From NCBI GenBank assembly GCA_016873635.1, contig VGWJ01000007.1:4908-68907 (forward strand): a stretch of DNA of 64,000 nucleotides. Direction: 5' to 3'. Source of the stretch: Lentisphaerota bacterium. Lineage in GTDB: Bacteria > Verrucomicrobiota > Kiritimatiellia > UBA8416 > VGWJ01. The notes beneath the pieces were generated by a model. It searched no databases. It was not told the origin of the DNA and saw only the letters and a list, made by a program, of their open reading frames with translations. Shown in pieces: positions 53,138-64,000 of this stretch (position 1 is the first letter of the stretch; each line of letters begins with the position of its first letter). Both the position numbers and the translations under genes were made by a program.

Positions 53138-55084
53138 TCAGGGTGCTCCGGCGGCCGTGAGCACGACACGGCAACCGATGTGGGTTGTCCCTGAAACACC
53201 AGGTTTCCCGCTATAGTCCGTGGTGTCGATCGCCGTGCGCGTCGCGGAACGGCAGAAGGAGGAATAGTCGCCCCAACCGCCGCCGCGGATTACCCGCGGT
53301 CTCATGCCACCCAATTCCTTCGGGCCGGTCGGATCCGTCACCTCATCCTCCGAGAGAGAACTATAGTAATCCTGGCACCACTCCCACACATTGCCGTGCA
53401 TGTCATAGAGCCCCCAGGCGTTCGGCTTCATTGTACCAACCGTGTGCGTCGTGTCATCGCTGTTCTCGCGGTACCACCCCATTTCATTCAGCTCCTCGGC
53501 ATACATACCTTCCGTCCCCGCCCGGCACGCGTATTCCCACTCCGTTTCGGTCGGCAGGCGCAGCCCACTGCCAGCTTTCTGGACGAAGGCTTGACAGTCC
53601 CCCCAGGTCACCGACTCCACCGGCGCCTCCGGACCCACGTTCTTGAAGTGCGACGGGTTCTGGCCCATCACCTTTTCCCACTGCGCCTGCGTCACCTCGG
53701 TCTTACCCATGTAGAACCCCTTGGTCAACGTCACCCGGCGTTGGGCTCCATCGTGAACGTACGGACTCTCCTTGGCCTCTTTTGAGGTGCCCATTAGAAA
53801 ACTTCCCGCCGGGACATAGACCATTTCCAGGCCGCTGGCCTCATGCACGATCGCCTGCGCCCAACCGGATTTCGTGTAAGGCTCCGCCTGCGTCCCGGGC
53901 GCGGCGCGGCAGCCCGCCGGCACCCGCGCCTGCGGATCCGCTGGACCCGCCGCCTTGGGCGCCTTCTTGTCCTTGGCCGATGCGGCAACGCTCGCGGCCT
54001 TGGCCGCCTGAACCGGTGCGCCGACAGATGGCAGGGCCGCCACGACCCGGAACCCGAATTGCACAAAAATGGGCGGGCCATGCACGGGATGCCCAAACGC
54101 CCCGCCAGGACCGGAAGAAAAACAACCACCTTTCCAAATGCGCCATGCACCGCCGACCGTGTACGCCGGTCCCGCCGGGTCAATCGTAGGCGCGCCAAAG
54201 TAGTAAGACGGGGCCCAGTCGCTGACCCACTCAAAGACATTGCCGAGCATGTCATACAGACCCCAGGGATTGGGCTTGAATGACCCCACCGGCGCCATCT
54301 TGTCAAACCCGTCGTCCTGGTTCTCGTTGCGATATGTGAATTGCTGCGTGTATTTGCACAACCCGGCCTTCGTGAAGGACTTGTCGCCGAGGTTTTCGTA
54401 CTTGCTGGCCTCGGCGGGGTCATCTCCCCAGTAGAAAGTTGTCGTGGTCCCCGCCCGGCAGGCGTATTCCCACTGCGCCGCTGTGGGCAAAGAAACCTTC
54501 ATCCCGGCCTTGGCCGAGACTTTCTCGCAGAACGCGTCGGCCCAGCCATCCTTGGGATTGACCGACATACTCGCGCCGGTATTGCGTATATTATTCACGG
54601 CCCGATTCTTGCCCACAAACATTTCGGGTTTGAAGTCCGTGGCGGGCCAGATATTGTCCTCCACGGCGCTGGGGTTGAACCCCATGACCTGCTCGAACTG
54701 CTCCTGCGTCACTTCGTAAACGCCCATGTAGAACGGCTTCGAGATCGTCACCTCCCGCTGGGGGCCAACACTTGGGCTCCAGCCCTTGTCGGCCTCGCGC
54801 ACCAGCACGCGGACACCTTCGATGGTTTCGACTTCTTCTTCACGCAATCCGCGGAGATACTTGCCGGCCGGGATGAGCGTCATCTTGAGTTTAACGCCGC
54901 CGCCGAGATCCAAACTCGTCTCCACGTCCTTGATCCCCGCGCGCTTGGCGTAGTCGGCCACCGACTCCTTGCCGTCCCACAACGGCCATGGCGACTTCGC
55001 CGCCGCCGGTTCCGCTGCGTTCACCACACCTGCCGCCAACACGGCCGCCGCCGATCTCGCCAGCCAACTCGTTGTTTTCCTCAT
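53138..55084 (-). CDS. secreted tandem FGE-sulfatase-domain protein
   Basis: 648-aa ORF with ATG 55084 and leader MRKTTSWLARSAAAVLAAGVVNA. Two FGE-type domains are present. The second has PNAWGLYDMHGNVWEWCQD and RGGGWGDYSSFCRSATR. Confidence 0.85.
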   Translation of the reverse strand: MRKTTSWLARSAAAVLAAGVVNAAEPAAAKSPWPLWDGKESVADYAKRAGIKDVETSLDLGGGVKLKMTLIPAGKYLRGLREEEVETIEGVRVLVREADKGWSPSVGPQREVTISKPFYMGVYEVTQEQFEQVMGFNPSAVEDNIWPATDFKPEMFVGKNRAVNNIRNTGASMSVNPKDGWADAFCEKVSAKAGMKVSLPTAAQWEYACRAGTTTTFYWGDDPAEASKYENLGDKSFTKAGLCKYTQQFTYRNENQDDGFDKMAPVGSFKPNPWGLYDMLGNVFEWVSDWAPSYYFGAPTIDPAGPAYTVGGAWRIWKGGCFSSGPGGAFGHPVHGPPIFVQFGFRVVAALPSVGAPVQAAKAASVAASAKDKKAPKAAGPADPQARVPAGCRAAPGTQAEPYTKSGWAQAIVHEASGLEMVYVPAGSFLMGTSKEAKESPYVHDGAQRRVTLTKGFYMGKTEVTQAQWEKVMGQNPSHFKNVGPEAPVESVTWGDCQAFVQKAGSGLRLPTETEWEYACRAGTEGMYAEELNEMGWYRENSDDTTHTVGTMKPNAWGLYDMHGNVWEWCQDYYSSLSEDEVTDPTGPKELGGMRPRVIRGGGWGDYSSFCRSATRTAIDTTDYSGKPGVSGTTHIGCRVVLTAAGAP

Positions 55085-55109
55085 TGAGACCTTCCTTCTT
55101 TGTCTTTCT

Positions 55110-55315
55110 TCTTATGGGGTATCCCTTTGACTGGCGTTCACACCATGCCTGCCACACAAAAAAGGCGCCTTTTGTCATGCTGAGCGAAGCGTAGCGGAGT
55201 CGAAGCATCTCCTACTAAACGCGTTGCGACAACGACGGAGATCCCTCGACAAGCTCGGGATGACAGAGTCCACGCTACATGTTGTGGTCACGCCAGTGAA
55301 GTGGATACCCCGTTT
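55110..55315. mobile_element. MITE-like long imperfect palindrome inserted in a gene leader
   Basis: It is flanked by a 15-bp direct repeat, CTTCTTTGTCTTTCT (55095-55109 and 55316-55330). The terminal inverted repeats are GGGGTATCC (55116-55124) and GGATACCCC (55303-55311) and extend imperfectly for ~35 bp (..ACTGGCGT..). The core arms are TGTCATGCTGAGCGAAGC..GTCGAAGCATCTCC and GGAGATCCCTCGAC..GCTCGGGATGACA. Confidence 0.5.
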
Positions 55316-55404
55316 CTTCTTTGTCTTTCTACTTCGTCTTCTTACAAAGAAATCTGAATGATTCTGCCTTCTCCCCTTGCCTCCTGACTTCTGCCCCCTC
55401 TCCC

Positions 55405-57393
<1,989 letters not shown>

Positions 57394-57439
57394 TATCGCA
57401 CTCCCTGTTCGGTTTCCATTCAACCTCGTATTGCGCTTT

Positions 57440-57549
57440 GTGGGAGGGGCGCTACGCGCCGCGACCTCGCGTCACAAACGCCTGTCCAGTCACGTCGCGG
57501 CGCAGGCTACTACGCCAAGGCTACGCAGCCCGGGTAGCGCCCCTCCCAC
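57440..57549. repeat. nested perfect inverted repeats (structured intergenic element)
   Basis: The outer arms are GTGGGAGGGGCGCTAC (57440-57455) and GTAGCGCCCCTCCCAC (57534-57549), a perfect 16 bp. The inner arms are GCGCCGCGAC (57456-57465) and GTCGCGGCGC (57494-57503), a perfect 10 bp. The element lies between the 57590 stop and the 57393 start. Confidence 0.6.
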
Positions 57550-57589
57550 GTTCTCACTCTCCCACGCATTTCTTCCCAACGCCTAACGC

Positions 57590-60427
57590 CTAATCCCTTC
57601 TTCCCTGGCGCCCACCCCCCCCTGCCACCTGCGCCACCGCGCCAGCCAGGTCCAACAGCTTGGCGTCTTCCATGTCCTGCATGTAGCGGGGCATGAACGC
57701 GCCATTCCAGAAGGTCCGGTCCCGTTCGCCGGTCTTCGGCGCGAGGTAGCGCTCCGCCCGCTCTTTCAACTCGCCGCTGAGCAGCCCCTTGTGCAGCGCG
57801 TGGCGCACGAAGATGACCGCCTCGGCCAGCTCCAACCCTTCGCGGAACATCTCAAACCGTTCGGTCGCCACCGGACCGTCGGGGGCGGGATAGAGCAGCG
57901 ACATGGTGGTCCGATCCATACCCCCCCAACCTGCCCCGCCGGCAACCGGCGGAACGTCATACCGGCCGGTCGGTGATTTCACCTTGAAGACATCCGCCCC
58001 GAACTCGCCGACTCCGTCAAAGCCCCGGTGCAGGGTGTTGATCTCGATCATCCGACGCACTTCCCGCAGCGCTGACTTGTCCATGATGGCGCCACGGGCC
58101 GTCGTGCCATAGGAATTGCGCCGGGGGCCATCGAGCGTCCAGAGCGGCGGAAGCTTGCCGGTCGGGGTCGCCTTCACGCTGTAGGAGTGGCGGACGGTCA
58201 TCCGCACGATCTTCTCCGGATCAACTCCCGCTTGCGGGTTCTGCTTCACCCAGGCCTCAAGACCACCGGGGTTGGCGAAACCAAAAGCCGTCCCCATCGT
58301 GGAACCATCGTCGGCGCCTTTGAACATGCCCACGAAGCGGGCGCCTTCAAAGGTCCAGTGGCTGATCCACGTCCACTGGCCCTCCGGCCAGAGCTTGTGG
58401 GCGTTCTCCACCATGGCGGGTTGTGGCGTGCCGAATTCCCGGTTGTATCCCAGGGTCGTCTGGCTCAGCCAGCCGCGATTCTTGAGCCGCAGGAGCATTT
58501 CATCGAAGACCGGCTTCCAGAAGGCGTAGCTCTCGGGCGTGCCGGGCGCGGGTTGGGGCATCTTGTCCAACTTGCCGGTGGCCGGATCGAGTACGGAAAC
58601 CATCGTGCCGCCCCATTCAGGCACATTCCGGTCGCCAAGGGTGGATTGAGCCCCCGGCCAGCAGTTTAGCCGCAAAGTATTGGGGGTCCCGACGGACTTT
58701 GCGACCATGTCCAGGTACTTGTCGAAGACCGTGAAGTCGTGTTTGAACGACCCGTCCGGCTGCTTGATCCAGCGCACGATCGTTTCCGGGTTGTCCCGCC
58801 CGCAGAAATTGATGGTCAGGTTGGCCTGAACCTGACGCGAGTTCAACTCCGCCAACAAGGCCAGCGACTTGCCCACCAGCTCGAGGTGCCGGTCGGAGTA
58901 ATTGGGCACGTCATAGTGCCGGGCCACCACTTCCTCAGCTTCATAGAGACCGTTCTGAATCCGGAAGTCCTTGGGGTCGGGCATCGTCCACGCGGACACC
59001 TTCACCCGCAGCGGCGCCTTGGTTTCCGCCAGCCCCTCGGCCACCACGCGCACCTGCCCCTCGTACTCGCCCGCCGGGAGGTCGCGCGGCACCTTCACGG
59101 TGAACCACAGCGGCGCCATCGCCACCGTCGGCAGGGCCCGGCGCTCCAGCTTCTGGTGGTAGAAGCTACCCTTCGGCAAGGATGCCTCGATGACGGGGAT
59201 CTCCGCCGGAATGGCATCGAGCAGTCCGTCGAACCGATACGCCGGCGGCGCATAACTCTTCGCCGTGGTCGCCGGCACTGCATAGCGTACCCGCACGGCC
59301 GCGGCGGGCAATTTCACCCCCGCCTTCGCCTGGAGATCCGTCACCGTGACCTTCAACCCCTTGATCGGCTGATCGGAGCTGACCATCAGCCGGCCGGAGA
59401 AGACGCTGTTGCGGGCGGCGCGAATTTCGATCGGCCGCAGCGGCCGGGTGGTATCGCCGTAGTCGAAGGTGGTGACGGTGTCGTAGGGCATGACGTTCCA
59501 GACCTGAATGCCTACCGGCCTAGGCCCCGTTGCCGAAGTTCCCGGCGAGACCGTCAGTCGTGCTTTCAGGATGCCGATCGGGGGCCAGTCAGCCCCGGAG
59601 CCCTTGGCCTGCACCGCCTGGCTGGGAAACGGGGCGGCGCGACATTCGATGGCGAGCACGTTGACGCCAGGGCGCAGGAGCGCAGCGGGAATCGCGAAAT
59701 CTCTCAACTGGCGGTCGCGCAGCACGAGGCGTTCCTTGTTCTTGTCGTCATCGGCCGGGAGCGGCTTTCCATCCGGCATCAGGAACGCCTCCAGCGGATA
59801 GTCCTTGGCCACGATCTCCGCCTGATCCTTCTGGGCGTCGGCCAGATCGGCGCGCATCGCTTCCTTGCCGTTGACATAAACCACCACCCCGCCCCAGTAG
59901 TCCAGGGAAAGCCGGAGCGACTTCACCTGCGCCGGGTCCTTCACCGTGAACGTGGCGCGCGTCAGCAACTTGGTCGTGTCGAATTGGTTGAAGGTCCCGG
60001 TGCTGCCGAAGAGATTCCCCGTCTGATGGGCAGGAAGCCACAACGAACCCGAAGGCAGGGGCAACCGCTCGCGGGGCCAGGCGCCAGCGTCGAAGGTCGG
60101 GCTGGCCCAATCCGGCGCCGGCGCCGGCGTGGCATCTGCGGCGTCCCAATCACCGGTCAGATTCCAGGAACCTCTCTGATCAACACTTTCCACACGGCTG
60201 AGCTCAAAGCTGTTGATCTTTATTTTCACCCGGCTCAACGAGCCGTCCGCGTTGCGGACATAGTTCGGGCCGGCGACGCGGAACTGTGCCCAGAGCGTGT
60301 TTTCGCCCAGCAACACCGTTTCATCAACCGCGGGTGCCGCCGGCCTTGCCGGTTCCGCCGCCTGCACCCACCCCGCCGCCAACACGGCGGCCACCGACAT
60401 TGCCAACCAGCTCATTGTCTTCTTCAT
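57590..60427 (-). CDS. large secreted hypothetical protein (jelly-roll-like N-terminal region; possible DUF4091-like glycosidase domain)
   Basis: ORF trimmed to ATG 60427 (MKKTMSWLAMSVAAVLAAGWVQA). The segment SLRLSLDYWGGVVVYVNGKEAMR resembles GH2-type sugar-binding jelly rolls. The rest is unassigned, and the DUF4091 idea rests on weak recollection. Confidence 0.6.
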   Translation of the reverse strand: MKKTMSWLAMSVAAVLAAGWVQAAEPARPAAPAVDETVLLGENTLWAQFRVAGPNYVRNADGSLSRVKIKINSFELSRVESVDQRGSWNLTGDWDAADATPAPAPDWASPTFDAGAWPRERLPLPSGSLWLPAHQTGNLFGSTGTFNQFDTTKLLTRATFTVKDPAQVKSLRLSLDYWGGVVVYVNGKEAMRADLADAQKDQAEIVAKDYPLEAFLMPDGKPLPADDDKNKERLVLRDRQLRDFAIPAALLRPGVNVLAIECRAAPFPSQAVQAKGSGADWPPIGILKARLTVSPGTSATGPRPVGIQVWNVMPYDTVTTFDYGDTTRPLRPIEIRAARNSVFSGRLMVSSDQPIKGLKVTVTDLQAKAGVKLPAAAVRVRYAVPATTAKSYAPPAYRFDGLLDAIPAEIPVIEASLPKGSFYHQKLERRALPTVAMAPLWFTVKVPRDLPAGEYEGQVRVVAEGLAETKAPLRVKVSAWTMPDPKDFRIQNGLYEAEEVVARHYDVPNYSDRHLELVGKSLALLAELNSRQVQANLTINFCGRDNPETIVRWIKQPDGSFKHDFTVFDKYLDMVAKSVGTPNTLRLNCWPGAQSTLGDRNVPEWGGTMVSVLDPATGKLDKMPQPAPGTPESYAFWKPVFDEMLLRLKNRGWLSQTTLGYNREFGTPQPAMVENAHKLWPEGQWTWISHWTFEGARFVGMFKGADDGSTMGTAFGFANPGGLEAWVKQNPQAGVDPEKIVRMTVRHSYSVKATPTGKLPPLWTLDGPRRNSYGTTARGAIMDKSALREVRRMIEINTLHRGFDGVGEFGADVFKVKSPTGRYDVPPVAGGAGWGGMDRTTMSLLYPAPDGPVATERFEMFREGLELAEAVIFVRHALHKGLLSGELKERAERYLAPKTGERDRTFWNGAFMPRYMQDMEDAKLLDLAGAVAQVAGGGGRQGRRD

Positions 60428-60527
60428 TGAGATACTCATTCTTCGTCCGTCTATTTCGTTTTTCACATCGTCTTTCTACTTCGTCTTCCGCATCCCCTGC
60501 GCCTGCCAGTCGCCGGAGACGAGGCAC

Positions 60528-63050
60528 CTATTTCTTTTTCTCCTCCCGCCTATACTGGATCAGCGCCGAACCCGGCGCGGTGATACGTTCGTCCCTGAGA
60601 TCGCGCGGGCCGGCGCCGACCGCGAGCAACGCCGAGTCGTGCCCCCGCACGAAGCGCAGCACCAACAAATGCTCGCCCTTCGACAACTCCCTCAGCACCA
60701 TACGGTCCCGGATGGTGGGCGGATTGGTCACGTTCCCCAAGATGCCGTTCGAGAACGTCTCGCTGATCACGACGCCGTCCAAGTACGCCTCATACCACCA
60801 GTCCGCACCGACACCAAACACCGCCCGGCCGCTTTCCGGCGCGTTAAACGGCAGATACACAAACGCCACCTCGCCATCGGCCTTGAGCAGGCTGGCCAGA
60901 TCCATCACACGATCCCGGAAGGCAAAGGTTCGGCCCCGGGCACGGACACCGCCCAATGCGACCTCCGCCGGCACCTGACGCAGCGCCTCGGTGGACGGGA
61001 CGCCCGCCTCGCGCGTAAACGGCCCGAAGGCCACGCCTTCCCCCGGCAAGGCGATGTCCAGACAGTCGTCCGGCGGCATCTTCTCGAACGCCTGGTCGCG
61101 AATTTCCACCGTCATCCCCTTCGCCATCAAATCGCGCCCGGAGACGGACATGGGCGAACCGCCGGCGTCGAGGTTCGTGACCTCGTACCGCGCCGCCGGA
61201 TCGAGGCCGCGCAGGAAGAAGGTTTGCGCCGCCTCCACGCACTGGGCGCGCCGGAAGGCCAGGATCAGGCCGCCGCCAAGATCCGGGCGGTCGAGTTGGT
61301 AGGCGAACCAGTCTTTCGGTGCGGTCGAGCAACTTGTCAGCGCGTAGTAGTCACCGGTGTAGTACGGCAGTGCCCGGCGGTATTCCTTGATCATCCGCCG
61401 GTGCCACTCGACCGGATAGTCCGGGGCGGGCGCCAACGGCGCATGGCCCAAACCAACGGGATGAAAAAGACCGAAGGGAATGCCGCCGCTCCAACTGCTG
61501 CGAAAATTGTAGGTGTCGCCCGGACGGGCCGGCGCCCCGCCGCCCACCAGGGGGACCCAGTGCGCCAGACCGTGCGTGCCGGCCTGCATCCCGATGGGGT
61601 CGGCGTGGGGATGGCAGTTGTAGTCGCTGCGCCACAGGACCAGGCTGCGGCTGATCGTCTCCAGATCAATGCGCGTGCCGCCGCCGCCGCAGTTGTCAAT
61701 CAACATGCCCGGGTGCCGCCGGAGCAGCTCGTCCCAGAAGGCGTAGAAGCCCTCGACGCCGCGGATTTCCGTCATCCCTTGCCGATCCGGCGCATCCCCG
61801 CTGCCGTCGCCGATGGGAACCACCCAGTCATCCCGGAAGTAATCCACGCCGTTTTCCGCCAGCGTCGCCGAGATGTAATCAAGCAGGTATTGGCGCGCCT
61901 CGGGAATCCCGATGTTGATGTTCTGCGGCGCATGCGGCTTCTCGCGCAGGACGGCGGAGTTGAACGATGCGGACAGGCCTTCCAGCCACTCGGGGTGCTC
62001 TTTCACCAGCGGCGAATCGGCCACGGCGCCGTACGGCGCAAACCACAGCAACAACTTCATGCCCGCGGCATGCGCGGCGTCCGCAATGGGCTTCAGCCCC
62101 CGCGGATGCACCGTGCGGTTCACCCGCCAGTTCCCGATGTGGTGGGGAAAGACATCGTTGCAAAGGTTTTGGAACTCATCCGTTTCGTGGTCGGGGCCGT
62201 ACCAGCAAGCGTCAATCCAGTAGCAGTTAAAGGGCAGACGATGCTCCCGGATGAATTGGATATTCTTGAGATGGTTATGCGTCTTCATGCCGCCCCACGA
62301 TGTGCTACAGATGGGCGGTTCGACCGTGCGGCCGTTCACCTTCGGGAGGTGGTGCGTCACCAGGTGCCGGCGCAGCAGGTGGTGCCCGCGCTCGCGTTCC
62401 CCTTCCCAGGAGAGAATAAGAATGCGCGGTGTGCGGATCTCCTCGCCGGGATGCAGCCGGAGGTGCGTCCTGCTCATGCCGGCACACAGGCGGACGCCGG
62501 CGCCGTCCCCGGAACGCTGGATCGTGCATTTCCAGTTTCCAGTCCAGCCGACGGCCCCGATGACGCCGCGCCCGCCGAGATCCAGGTTGAAGAAAGGCAG
62601 CACCTGGCGGGAGCCGCAGGAGGCCAATTCGGTCGCCTGCCCCGCCGGCAACAGGCGCTCCTCCAGCGCAAAGTCGTCTATCACGGCTTTGGTGCCCTTG
62701 GAATAAGAGATGCGCGGTTGGGCATTCTGGGCAACCTCGTTGGCCATGTCCAAGGCGAGGACATTCTCCAGGATCGGCGTGTCCGCCGTGCCGGTGTTCT
62801 TGAACCACACCGTCCACTCGACCGCCGGCGAGTCGGCGTAATCCACCGCCACGCAGCGCACCTCCAGACCGGTTTGGGGATCGGTCCACGTCAGCGTGTG
62901 CTGGGTACGGCTGGCGTCGAACCGTTCGTCGGCCACTTTCGACGGCCACTTCGCCAGCAACGGCGCGGAGGGCCGCCCATCATAGGTGAAGGAAAACGGC
63001 AGGCTGGACTTGCCATTCATCAGGTGTTTCTCGAACCACGTGTTTTTCAT
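60528..63050 (-). CDS. GH36/clan-D alpha-galactosidase-like enzyme with a C-terminal GADWW beta-sandwich-like domain (no signal peptide)
   Basis: ORF trimmed to ATG 63050 (MKNTWFEKHLMNGKSSLPFSFTYDG). It has CYWIDACWYG, GMKLLLWFAPY, DYFRDDW and IDNCGGGGTRIDLE. The C-terminal ~190 aa (..VGADWWYEAYLDGVVIS..GEHLLVLRF..) is homologous to the GH4 N-terminal domain at 2043-2598. Confidence 0.75.
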   Translation of the reverse strand: MKNTWFEKHLMNGKSSLPFSFTYDGRPSAPLLAKWPSKVADERFDASRTQHTLTWTDPQTGLEVRCVAVDYADSPAVEWTVWFKNTGTADTPILENVLALDMANEVAQNAQPRISYSKGTKAVIDDFALEERLLPAGQATELASCGSRQVLPFFNLDLGGRGVIGAVGWTGNWKCTIQRSGDGAGVRLCAGMSRTHLRLHPGEEIRTPRILILSWEGERERGHHLLRRHLVTHHLPKVNGRTVEPPICSTSWGGMKTHNHLKNIQFIREHRLPFNCYWIDACWYGPDHETDEFQNLCNDVFPHHIGNWRVNRTVHPRGLKPIADAAHAAGMKLLLWFAPYGAVADSPLVKEHPEWLEGLSASFNSAVLREKPHAPQNINIGIPEARQYLLDYISATLAENGVDYFRDDWVVPIGDGSGDAPDRQGMTEIRGVEGFYAFWDELLRRHPGMLIDNCGGGGTRIDLETISRSLVLWRSDYNCHPHADPIGMQAGTHGLAHWVPLVGGGAPARPGDTYNFRSSWSGGIPFGLFHPVGLGHAPLAPAPDYPVEWHRRMIKEYRRALPYYTGDYYALTSCSTAPKDWFAYQLDRPDLGGGLILAFRRAQCVEAAQTFFLRGLDPAARYEVTNLDAGGSPMSVSGRDLMAKGMTVEIRDQAFEKMPPDDCLDIALPGEGVAFGPFTREAGVPSTEALRQVPAEVALGGVRARGRTFAFRDRVMDLASLLKADGEVAFVYLPFNAPESGRAVFGVGADWWYEAYLDGVVISETFSNGILGNVTNPPTIRDRMVLRELSKGEHLLVLRFVRGHDSALLAVGAGPRDLRDERITAPGSALIQYRREEKKK

Positions 63051-63214
63051 GCTTTTCACACTCGCCAAGGCGGGCTATCGCTCGCAACCCAATCTTCGTC
63101 GTAAGCTTTGGCGTAAACTTCGTCGACAGGGCTTACGCGAAAACTCGCGACAAAGATCTGACGCATCTGCGTCACATGTCTAAACGGAACAGCCTGTCGC
63201 TGATAACTGATCAC

Positions 63215-63380
63215 CCCAAACGGAGCAGTTGACAGGATGTACAGGATGCTACATCCAGAAGATCAACAGGATATGTCGGAAAGACCTTTCACCAGTTTGG
63301 TGAAAGGTCTTTCCGACGTAAATCCATTCCGCCGATCCTGTTATCCTGTCTACTCCTTCTGATCTGCTCTTTCTAGGATC
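63215..63380. mobile_element. MITE-like palindromic element with a perfect 20-bp central hairpin
   Basis: It is flanked by a 9-bp direct repeat, ACTGATCAC (63206-63214 and 63381-63389). The sub-terminal inverted repeats are GAGCAG..GACAGGATGTACAGGAT (left) and ATCCTGTTATCCTGTC..CTGCTC (right). The central hairpin is GTCGGAAAGACCTTTCACCA-gtt-TGGTGAAAGGTCTTTCCGAC (63275-63317). GC is lower than in the flanks. Confidence 0.45.
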
Positions 63381-63395
63381 ACTGATCACTTCATC

Positions 63396-64000
63396 CTACC
63401 GGTTCACGGTCATGACGACGCGAAAGCCCCCTTCAGAATGCCCATGCAGCGGACGTGTCGCGGCCCGGCAGAATGCCGGAGACGATTTGAAACTTCCGCC
63501 TCGACTGATCTTGTAGGAACCAACACCCTCAGGCCACGTCCCGTCCGGACCGGTCGGATCCAGTGTGCCCTCTTTATGATACGGACGCCCCCGTTTGCGA
63601 TTGACATCGTCATTGCCCATCCAGTCGTTGACCCACTCGCTCACGTTGCCGTGCATGTCGTACAGACCGAACTTGCTGGGTTTGAATGACCCGACCGGCG
63701 CGTAGCCGTCGAAGCCGTCGTCGTAGGTCACATCCTTTCCTTCCTCGTTCAAGGTCTTGTGATTCTTGCTGTCATAGTTGGCGTACTGACAGAGCTTTTC
63801 CTCTTCGTCCCCGAAGCAGAACCGCTCGGTGCTCCCCGCCCGGCAGGCATATTCCCACTGCGCCTCGGTCGGCAGGGTGACGGTTTGACCGGTCAGCGTT
63901 GAGACCCGTCTGCAAAATTCCACCGTGTCTTCCCAGCGGTTCCCGTCAACGGGAAGGGTCCTCCCCCGGGATTGGAGCGAGCCGTAGTGGGCAAACTGGA
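63396..64000 (-). CDS. FGE-sulfatase-domain protein, C-terminal part (gene continues past the right edge)
   Basis: The ORF-track M at 63923 is a GTG. The frame stays open upstream to 64000 (..QFAHYGSLQSRGRTLPVDGNRWEDTVEFCRRVS..), paralleling the 50355-51446 protein. Motifs present: PTEAQWEYACRAG, FGLYDMHGNVSEWV and RGGSFKSSPAFCRAATR. Confidence 0.8.
   Translation of the reverse strand, partial: QFAHYGSLQSRGRTLPVDGNRWEDTVEFCRRVSTLTGQTVTLPTEAQWEYACRAGSTERFCFGDEEEKLCQYANYDSKNHKTLNEEGKDVTYDDGFDGYAPVGSFKPSKFGLYDMHGNVSEWVNDWMGNDDVNRKRGRPYHKEGTLDPTGPDGTWPEGVGSYKISRGGSFKSSPAFCRAATRPLHGHSEGGFRVVMTVNR

Noticed and set aside
55160-55173. The perfect 14-bp palindrome AAAAGGCGCCTTTT as a bidirectional intrinsic terminator.
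   Set aside because: The stem would have essentially no loop and only a 3-bp GC core. It lies inside the larger MITE-like palindrome and is better explained as part of that element.

Overview
High-GC bacterial window, almost entirely coding. I found no rRNA, tRNA, CRISPR array, transposase or integrase. I call 42 protein-coding genes, 41 of them on the minus strand, plus one decayed AbiEii toxin gene, two short gene remnants and several structured intergenic repeats. The left ~38 kb is a mostly cytoplasmic glycan and sugar-acid catabolic island. It holds a GH4 enzyme with an extra domain, GH130, GH94-like and GH65 phosphorylases with beta-phosphoglucomutase, a 1053-aa GH-like protein and a secreted GH28-like beta-helix protein. 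It also holds four URO-D/MtaA-like paralogs, an FAH hydrolase, an ICL/PEP-mutase-family enzyme, a LarA-like protein, three SDRs, a transaldolase/F6P-aldolase-type protein, an aldehyde dehydrogenase, a UxaE-like epimerase and a 2-hydroxyacid dehydrogenase. The rest of this island is a fused E1 alpha-beta plus E2 of a 2-oxoacid/acetoin dehydrogenase complex, OsmC, an MBL-fold hydrolase, a mutarotase-like protein and the only plus-strand gene, an AraC regulator. The right ~26 kb is a co-directional array. Seven genes carrying 11 FGE-sulfatase (SUMF1/EgtB/PvdO-type) domains alternate with two leaderless GH36-type enzymes, a second GH28-like paralog, an Asp-box protein, a glycine-rich/Calx-beta protein and a 958-aa secreted protein. 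No sulfatase gene is present. The FGE-like domains lack the canonical catalytic Cys pair. Eight proteins of four architectures share one signal peptide. Unknown modules are shuffled between enzyme classes. I consider this array the best candidate for an undescribed extracytoplasmic glycan-capture or processing system. All family calls come from motif recognition by eye, with no searches run. A PVC-superphylum-like origin (Kiritimatiellota, Verrucomicrobiota or Planctomycetota) is only an inference from GC content and the FGE-domain expansion.
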